From Halomicronema hongdechloris C2206 (lineage in GTDB: Bacteria; Cyanobacteriota; Cyanobacteriia; Phormidesmidales; Phormidesmidaceae), in the NCBI RefSeq assembly GCF_002075285.3, contig NZ_CP021983.2, forward strand, positions 4,230,001 through 4,262,000: a stretch of DNA of 32,000 bases, written 5' to 3'. Of the stretch, positions 26,272-32,000 are shown one piece after another. Below the pieces are notes generated by a model. It saw only the letters and a program-made list of their open reading frames with translations, had not been told where the DNA came from and ran no database searches. Every line of letters begins with the position of its first letter. The stretch's first letter is position 1. A program made the position numbers and the translations under genes.

Positions 26272-27270
26272 ATGACCACCACCCGCTTAGTCATTGTCCT
26301 GATCGCCTTGGGGGCGCGCTGGTGCTGTTGGCGGTGCAGAATCCGGCCCCAGCCTTGCCGCTAGTATTTCTGGGCTGGCGTACCGTGGCCTTGCCGTTGG
26401 CGGCTTGGGTGCTGGGTGCGATCGCATTGGGGGGGCTCACCAGTCTCTTCCTAGCTGGGCTGCTATCCTTACACACGCCGCCACCGGTGCGCAAATCTCA
26501 ACGCCATAGTCGAGGCCCCAGTGGTCCGGCCCAGCGCTCCTGGGCAGCGGCTCCTACCCCGGCAGCGGCGACCCCAGACCCGGCAGAGACGTCCCAGGAT
26601 CAGGAAGACAACACCCCAAGTTTTACCGGAGAGAGCCCTGCCCCAGAATCTGACTGGCAGGACTGGAGCAACGTATCGTCTCCCAGCCAGTGGGAAGACT
26701 GGGACAAAACCCGGCGCCAATCCTCCCCAGAGGCCTCCCAACGGGCGCGGCGGTCGGGGTCGTCGGAAAGAGGCGGCCCGCATCGATGAATCCTGGCAGG
26801 AATTGGCCCAGGGGTGGGAAGGGGTGGAGCGACCCCCAACCATAGCCCGGGGGGTGAGTCCGGTGGAAGATAACTTGGCAGACATCACCGGGGGCTGGGA
26901 GGACTCTCCGCCCCCAGCCAGAGGCAGGGCTGACACCGCCCCCGAGCATCGGGCCGCAGCCCGGGAGTATGAGACCCCCCAATCCCCGAAAAGGGTGTAT
27001 CAGTCTGGTTCCCTCTATTCCTATAGCTACCGCAATCGGGAGGCTGACCCTGAGGACGCCGCCGTCGACGATGAGGAAGTCGCCATCGAGGACGAGGAGT
27101 CTCTGGCGTCAGTCGAGCCCCATGACATCCCAGCCTACGAGTATGAGGAGGAGCCAGATGAGCCAGAGCGTCCCCATCGGCCACCGACCCCAGGGCCTGA
27201 CGGCGTTTATGACGCGGACTATCGGGTGATTATCCCTCCCCACCGTCCCCTAGAGGACGAGGATGCTTGA
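26272..27270 (+). CDS. LapA-domain (DUF1049-like) membrane protein with a long acidic, Trp-rich tail; apparently shifted out of and back into frame
   Basis: Three pieces read as one protein. ATG 26272 gives MTTTRLVIVLIALG in frame 1. LVLLAVQNPAPALPLVFLGWRTVALPLAAWVLGAIALGGLTSLFLAGLL...ESDWQDWSNVSSPSQWEDWD is in frame 0. AARIDESWQELAQGWEG...VYDADYRVIIPPHRPLEDEDA* returns to frame 1. Breaks lie at the G5 run 26310-26314 and the A3 run 26767-26769. Confidence 0.6.
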
Positions 27271-27328
27271 GTCACATCTTGCTGTGACCTTATCCTCTAT
27301 CTATGCTGTGATATCGCCGCTGCTTGCC

Positions 27329-27913
27329 ATGCCTGCCCAGCCTCACCCCCTGAGCGACTTACTCAAAGGCACCAATCTCTATCTCATCGGCATGATGGGA
27401 TCTGGCAAGAGCACCATTGGTCACCTCTTGGGGCGACGGTTAAACTACCGCTTTATCGACACCGATGAGTTAATCGAGCAAACCACTGGCCAGACCATTC
27501 CCGAGATTTTCCAGCAGCACGGAGAAGCCAGCTTCCGTCAAATCGAGACCGATGTACTGGCCCAGGTATCGGCCTACACCCGCCTGGTGGTGGCCACCGG
27601 GGGCGGCATCGTCACCCAGCCCTATAACTGGAGCTACCTGCACCATGGCCTGGTGATCTGGCTGGAGGTGCCCTTGGCGGTCTTGCAGCGGCGACTGCAG
27701 GGGGATACCGGGCGGCCTCTCCTGCAAAGCGATGGCTGGACCGAGCGACTACAGGCACTCCTAGAGCAACGACAGCCCCTGTATGCCCAGGCCGATGTTC
27801 GGGTCACCGTCACGGCTCAACAGTCCCCCAAAGCCGTGACTCGCCAGACCCTAGAGCAGATTGGCCAGGTGCTGCGCTCCCCCACGCCCGAGCCTCCGCC
27901 CATCGCCCCATGA
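27329..27913 (+). CDS. aroK: Shikimate kinase
   Basis: NLYLIGMMGSGKSTIG..L...L...FIDTD..IE, ATGGG. ATG 27329 preferred; the ORF-track start 27263 remains possible. Confidence 0.9.
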   Translation: MPAQPHPLSDLLKGTNLYLIGMMGSGKSTIGHLLGRRLNYRFIDTDELIEQTTGQTIPEIFQQHGEASFRQIETDVLAQVSAYTRLVVATGGGIVTQPYNWSYLHHGLVIWLEVPLAVLQRRLQGDTGRPLLQSDGWTERLQALLEQRQPLYAQADVRVTVTAQQSPKAVTRQTLEQIGQVLRSPTPEPPPIAP

Positions 27914-27973
27914 GACCACTCCCAGTAAACTGGCCTGATACACTACTGCAATAGTGCTAGCCCAGTCACCATC

Positions 27974-28879
27974 GTGTCCTTCGCCTCTACTCCCCAGCGT
28001 GATTTGATTCAAGAAGCCGATGCCCTGCGGGTCCGTGTCTTGAGTGAGGCCCTGCCCTACATCCAGACCTTTCGGGGCCGCACGGTGGTAATTAAGTATG
28101 GGGGGGCGGCCATGAAAGATGCCGGCCTCAAGGCCAAAGTGGTGCGAGACATTGTCTTCATGGCCTGCGTTGGCATTCAGCCCGTGGTTGTCCATGGCGG
28201 CGGCCCCGAAATCAATACCTGGTTGGGCAAATTGGGCATCGAGCCTCAGTTTAAGCATGGGCTCCGAGTCACCGACGCCACCACCATGGACGTGGTGGAA
28301 ATGGTGCTAGATGGCCGCGTCAATAAGGAGCTGGTATCGCTAATTAACCAGGCTGGGGGCCAGGCCATCGGCCTCTGCGGCAAGGACGCCAACTTAATCA
28401 TGGCCCGTCCCCAGGGCAGTCGCGAGGTGGGGTTTGTGGGGGAAGTCAGTAATGTCAACCCTGGTATTCTCAGGTCCCTGGTGGCCGCCGGTTATATTCC
28501 GGTGGTATCGAGTGTGGCCGCCGATGAGCAGGGGCAAGCTTATAACATCAACGCCGATACGGTGGCAGGGGAAATTGCGGCGGCCCTCAATGCCGAGAAG
28601 CTGATTCTGCTGACTGACACCCGCGGCATCCTGCGTGATTATAGTGATCCGTCCACCTTACTCCCTAAGCTCGACATTCAAACGGCTCGCCAACTCATCG
28701 ACGCAGGGGTGGTAGCCGGGGGCATGATTCCCAAGGTCAATTGCTGCGTTCGCTCCCTGGCTCAGGGGGTGGGGGCGGCCCATATCATCGACGGTCGCAT
28801 TCCCCATGCCTTGCTGCTAGAGATTTTTACTGACCTGGGGATTGGCTCCATGCTGGTGGCATCGGAGTTTTACAGCTAA
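27974..28879 (+). CDS. argB: Acetylglutamate kinase
   Basis: [42 protein letters not shown]. Confidence 0.95.
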   Translation: MSFASTPQRDLIQEADALRVRVLSEALPYIQTFRGRTVVIKYGGAAMKDAGLKAKVVRDIVFMACVGIQPVVVHGGGPEINTWLGKLGIEPQFKHGLRVTDATTMDVVEMVLDGRVNKELVSLINQAGGQAIGLCGKDANLIMARPQGSREVGFVGEVSNVNPGILRSLVAAGYIPVVSSVAADEQGQAYNINADTVAGEIAAALNAEKLILLTDTRGILRDYSDPSTLLPKLDIQTARQLIDAGVVAGGMIPKVNCCVRSLAQGVGAAHIIDGRIPHALLLEIFTDLGIGSMLVASEFYS

Positions 28880-28935
28880 CTCCGCCGGGGGTTCGGTACA
28901 ATGCGGGGAAAGCGGTTACCCCTGCGATATCTGCC

Positions 28936-29574
28936 ATGGTGGTTCATTCGGTGCAATACGAATGGTTGCTGGCGACCTGCAGCCATTACGACGGTGCCCT
29001 AGCCCTGCTCAAACAGCACCGGCCCTACTTAGAGGCAATCCCCAGCATGCGAAGGCCCCAGCAGAGTATTATCACCCTGCCGTTGCCCAATGCCCGGGTG
29101 CGGCAGGCAACCCATGCGCCCGGTGCCCCTGGCAGTCAGATCGTGGCCGGCGCCGTGGTGATGCTTCCCTGTGATCTGGTCTTCCTCATGTGTGACCCAG
29201 AATGGAAGATTAAGACGGGAGTGGAGATTTTTGTCTATATCCATCGTCCCCAGGAGGACTTTTCCGGACTCTTGAGCCGCTGGCGCCAGACCCAAATTCT
29301 GATGGACCGAGGCTATGAATGGCTGCTGCCCAGCCGCCACCATTACCTGTTGAATGACGGCGCCGACGCTAGCCATCCTCTCTTTGTGGTGTTTCCCCAG
29401 ACTCCAGAGCGGATCGTGACGGGGTTACGGGGGGCTGGATTGCCGGTGGTCGGGTATCCGCCGGAGCAACTGCCTGAGGTCGAGACGTCACCAGAGTTGA
29501 ATGAGCTGACCGATATTCCGGAATTAGAGGATATTGACCCTAGTAGCCTCGAGGCTCCAGATCGCAATGACTAG
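28936..29574 (+). CDS. Hypothetical protein with an acidic C-terminus, family not recognised
   Basis: 212-aa ORF with protein-like composition, in the same orientation as its neighbours. No motif I can name. Confidence 0.5.
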   Translation: MVVHSVQYEWLLATCSHYDGALALLKQHRPYLEAIPSMRRPQQSIITLPLPNARVRQATHAPGAPGSQIVAGAVVMLPCDLVFLMCDPEWKIKTGVEIFVYIHRPQEDFSGLLSRWRQTQILMDRGYEWLLPSRHHYLLNDGADASHPLFVVFPQTPERIVTGLRGAGLPVVGYPPEQLPEVETSPELNELTDIPELEDIDPSSLEAPDRND

Positions 29575-29614
29575 GGGCCATTGATCCGGTGAGACTAGGG
29601 GCTAGGCGTTAACC

Positions 29615-31216
29615 ATGGGGGCGTTGCCGTCATCCCTGGGGCGATGGGGCGGGCTGTGTCTGACGGCCATGCTGGGATTGCGGCTGCTCTTCTGGGGGCT
29701 GGCATTTCCCAATCCGGATGAGGCCTATTACTGGCTGTGGGGACAGCATCTGGATTGGTCCTATTACGATCATCCGCCCTGGCAGGCTTGGAGCCAAGCG
29801 TTATCGACGGCGCTGTGGGGCCGCTCGACTTGGGCGCTGCGCTGGCCCAACCTGATCAGCAATGGCTTACTCTTGCTGGGATACTGGCGGATTAACCGCT
29901 ATCTCTACGGCTACCGTGGCCGGGAGCGGTTTTGGCTGACGTTGATGCTGCTGGGAGCCTCGCCCTTATTTTTCCTGTTTTTGGCCCTGGCCTGGCCGGA
30001 TCACTGGCTGGTGACCTTCTCGGTGTGGGCGGGGTATCTTTGGGTGCGGTTTCTAGATGGGTATTTGGCCGATGGTCGGGGGGCGACCTGGCGACTCTAT
30101 GGCGCTGCCTTCAGTGTTGGGGCAGCGGGGCTGTGTAAGTATACGGCGGTGTTGGTGCCTTTGGCCGGCTTGGCCCTGGTGGTGAGGGAGCGGCAATGTT
30201 GGCCGCTGTTGCGGGATCGACGCCTCTATGGGGCAGGTGCGATCGCATTGCTCTGCCTCAGCCCCATATTGATTTGGAACCTGCAGCACGACTTTTTCTC
30301 CTTTCGCTATTACCTAGACCGCAGTACCACCAGCACCGGCTTTGCAATTCAGCCCCTACAGCCCCTAGGGTTCTGGCTGCTGAGTGGGCTGATCTTGTCG
30401 CCCCTGCTGGCTTGGCGACTCTGGCGCACTTGGCGCCAGCCCCCCCCTACTACCGCCAGCCTCTATGGCCGCTTCGCCGGTTGGCTGTTTGGGCTTTCCA
30501 CTGGCGGGTTCTCCCTGCTCGCCTTGGTTGCCCCGGTGCTCTACTACTGGAACATCCTGGCCTACCCCCTGTGGCTACCGCTGCTAGCCGGTGCTTGGCT
30601 GGTCCGCCAAGACCATGTTCTCCCAGCCAAACGGGCTAGCTGGCCACGCTCCCTACTGGTCACTCAGCTTCTGGGCCTGGCTGCCGCCACCCTGCTAGTC
30701 ATCCACTACACCGTGATGCCCCTGACAGCCTGGTTGGGTACCGCTGACAACGACAGTGCCGCCCTCTATGGCTGGCAATCCCTGGCTAGGGCGGTACAAG
30801 CCCAGGCGGCTCAACTATCAGACGGCGACCAGCCACCATTGTGGCTCACCACCGACTATCGTTCGGCTGCGGCCTTGGCCTATGCCCTCAATGATCCCAG
30901 CGTCATGGCCCTCTCCGGCCGCTTAGACCAGTTCGATTTCTGGTACGATCGGGACGCTCTGCAGGGACGCAACGCCGTGCTACTCGGGGAAACCTGGCAT
31001 CCCATCTGCCCCAGCCATCAAGCCTTCTTTCAGCAGACGTCCCGGCCCGATAGTCTGACGGTGGAGCGCTGGGGACAACCGATTCAGACCTATGGGCTGC
31101 TCCGGGGAACTGGCTTTCAGGCCGGCCCCAGCGACGAGTATCCCCTGCTAGCCACCTATCCCTTGGCCTTCAGCAGCGATGGAGAAGTCTGTCGCTCGGC
31201 TCCAGTGGCTCCTTAA
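29615..31216 (+). CDS. GT39/ArnT-like membrane glycosyltransferase
   Basis: Multi-pass membrane protein with the N-terminal loop FPNPDEAYYWLWGQHLDWSYYDHPP, typical of the PMT/ArnT superfamily. Confidence 0.8.
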   Translation: MGALPSSLGRWGGLCLTAMLGLRLLFWGLAFPNPDEAYYWLWGQHLDWSYYDHPPWQAWSQALSTALWGRSTWALRWPNLISNGLLLLGYWRINRYLYGYRGRERFWLTLMLLGASPLFFLFLALAWPDHWLVTFSVWAGYLWVRFLDGYLADGRGATWRLYGAAFSVGAAGLCKYTAVLVPLAGLALVVRERQCWPLLRDRRLYGAGAIALLCLSPILIWNLQHDFFSFRYYLDRSTTSTGFAIQPLQPLGFWLLSGLILSPLLAWRLWRTWRQPPPTTASLYGRFAGWLFGLSTGGFSLLALVAPVLYYWNILAYPLWLPLLAGAWLVRQDHVLPAKRASWPRSLLVTQLLGLAAATLLVIHYTVMPLTAWLGTADNDSAALYGWQSLARAVQAQAAQLSDGDQPPLWLTTDYRSAAALAYALNDPSVMALSGRLDQFDFWYDRDALQGRNAVLLGETWHPICPSHQAFFQQTSRPDSLTVERWGQPIQTYGLLRGTGFQAGPSDEYPLLATYPLAFSSDGEVCRSAPVAP

Positions 31217-31360
31217 GCCGGCAGGGGGCAAGGGGGATATCGCAGCCGCAGTTTTAAAGACTCGGTATCAGCGACAGCCAGGCTAGAGCGATCACTGGGC
31301 GGTAAAAGGGTATGGACCGTTAAACGGCTCCGCAGCTGGGTTATCCAGCATCAGCAATGG

Positions 31361-32000
31361 TTGGGGGTGCTCCTGTGGTGCCTTCTCGGCGGTATGCTGC
31401 GCTTTACCAACCTGGCCCTGAAACCGGCGTGGATGGATGAAGTCAGCACGGTCATTTTTAGTTTGGGCAATAGCAGCCACCTGGTGCCCCTGAACCAAGT
31501 GATCAGTGTGGAGCAGCTATTGCGGCCCCTGGTCCCCGATGCCACCGCCACGGTGGCAGATGCCGTGCAGTATCTGCTGCAGGAAAATAATCATCCGCCT
31601 GCCTACTTCGCCCTGGCCCATCTCTGGATGGATTGGTTTCCCCCGGTGAGGGGATTGGCCTCCCTCTGGGCGGCTCGAGCCCTAGCGGCTCTATTGGGCA
31701 CCCTATCGATTCCCTTGGCCTATGGCCTGGGGCGCTTGAGCTTCCAATCACCGTTGGCCGGGCAACTGGCGGCGGCCTGCATGGCCGTGTCGCCCTTTGG
31801 CATTTACTTGGCCCAGGAAGCCCGCCATTACACCATGGCCATTGCCCTGGTGCTGGCCTCTCTCTGCTGTTTCGTCGTGGCGGTGGGACGGCTGCTGATG
31901 CGGCAGTCCATTGATCTCTGGTTGGTCTTGGGATGGATCGGGGTCAATGGCTTAGCCTTCGCCACCCATTATTTTGCGGTCCTGACCCTGGTGGCAGAGG
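31361..32000 (+). CDS. Second GT39/ArnT-like glycosyltransferase, 3' end beyond the window (not in the ORF track)
   Basis: Frame 2 is open from the previous stop at 31216 to the window end. It reads ..LLWCLLGGMLRFTNLALKPAWMDEVSTV...HPPAYFALAHLW...SPFGIYLAQEARHYTMA. The start is uncertain: TTG 31361 is the first canonical in-frame start, and ATG 31312 is one nt out of frame. Confidence 0.7.
   Translation, partial: MGVLLWCLLGGMLRFTNLALKPAWMDEVSTVIFSLGNSSHLVPLNQVISVEQLLRPLVPDATATVADAVQYLLQENNHPPAYFALAHLWMDWFPPVRGLASLWAARALAALLGTLSIPLAYGLGRLSFQSPLAGQLAAACMAVSPFGIYLAQEARHYTMAIALVLASLCCFVVAVGRLLMRQSIDLWLVLGWIGVNGLAFATHYFAVLTLVAE

Noticed and set aside
26521-26790. 5' part of the 249-aa ORF 26521-27270
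   Set aside because: This part is Arg/Pro/Gln-rich off-frame text. The overlapping frame 0 reads the protein-like Trp/Asp/Ser-rich sequence, so only the part after about 26770 is taken as coding in this frame.

Overview
Cyanobacterial chromosomal window. I counted 22 copies of the HIP1 palindrome GCGATCGC by eye, against about 1 expected from base composition. Conserved genes sit at both ends. On the left are psaB (5'-truncated), psaL, an unlisted psaI and ffh. On the right are ribBA, argC, an unlisted psaM, phoU, an RNase R/II-family gene, ubiX, a LapA-like membrane protein, aroK, argB and two tandem GT39-type glycosyltransferases. Between ffh and ribBA (about 4.7-17.8 kb) lies an accessory island. 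It holds a Uma2 endonuclease, two signal-peptide TPR-CHAT proteases (one intact, one frame-broken) flanking a pro-subtilase (S8), a HEPN gene with a decayed MNT partner, xisI with a decayed xisH, and an antitoxin/RelE pair, all embedded in at least five families of short dispersed repeats. The most interesting candidate is the exported PPC-TPR-CHAT / subtilase / TPR-CHAT module. The two CHAT genes share a 47-nt 5' element, and the island also holds an orphan third copy of it and a 3' relic of another CHAT gene. A second theme is about nine reading-frame breaks, nearly all at short homopolymers. Two pairs are frame-compensating and so invisible in the ORF track. These are either real gene decay or homopolymer sequencing error; only the underlying reads can decide. 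All frame reconstructions and family calls were made by eye from the sequence and motif recall; no searches were run.
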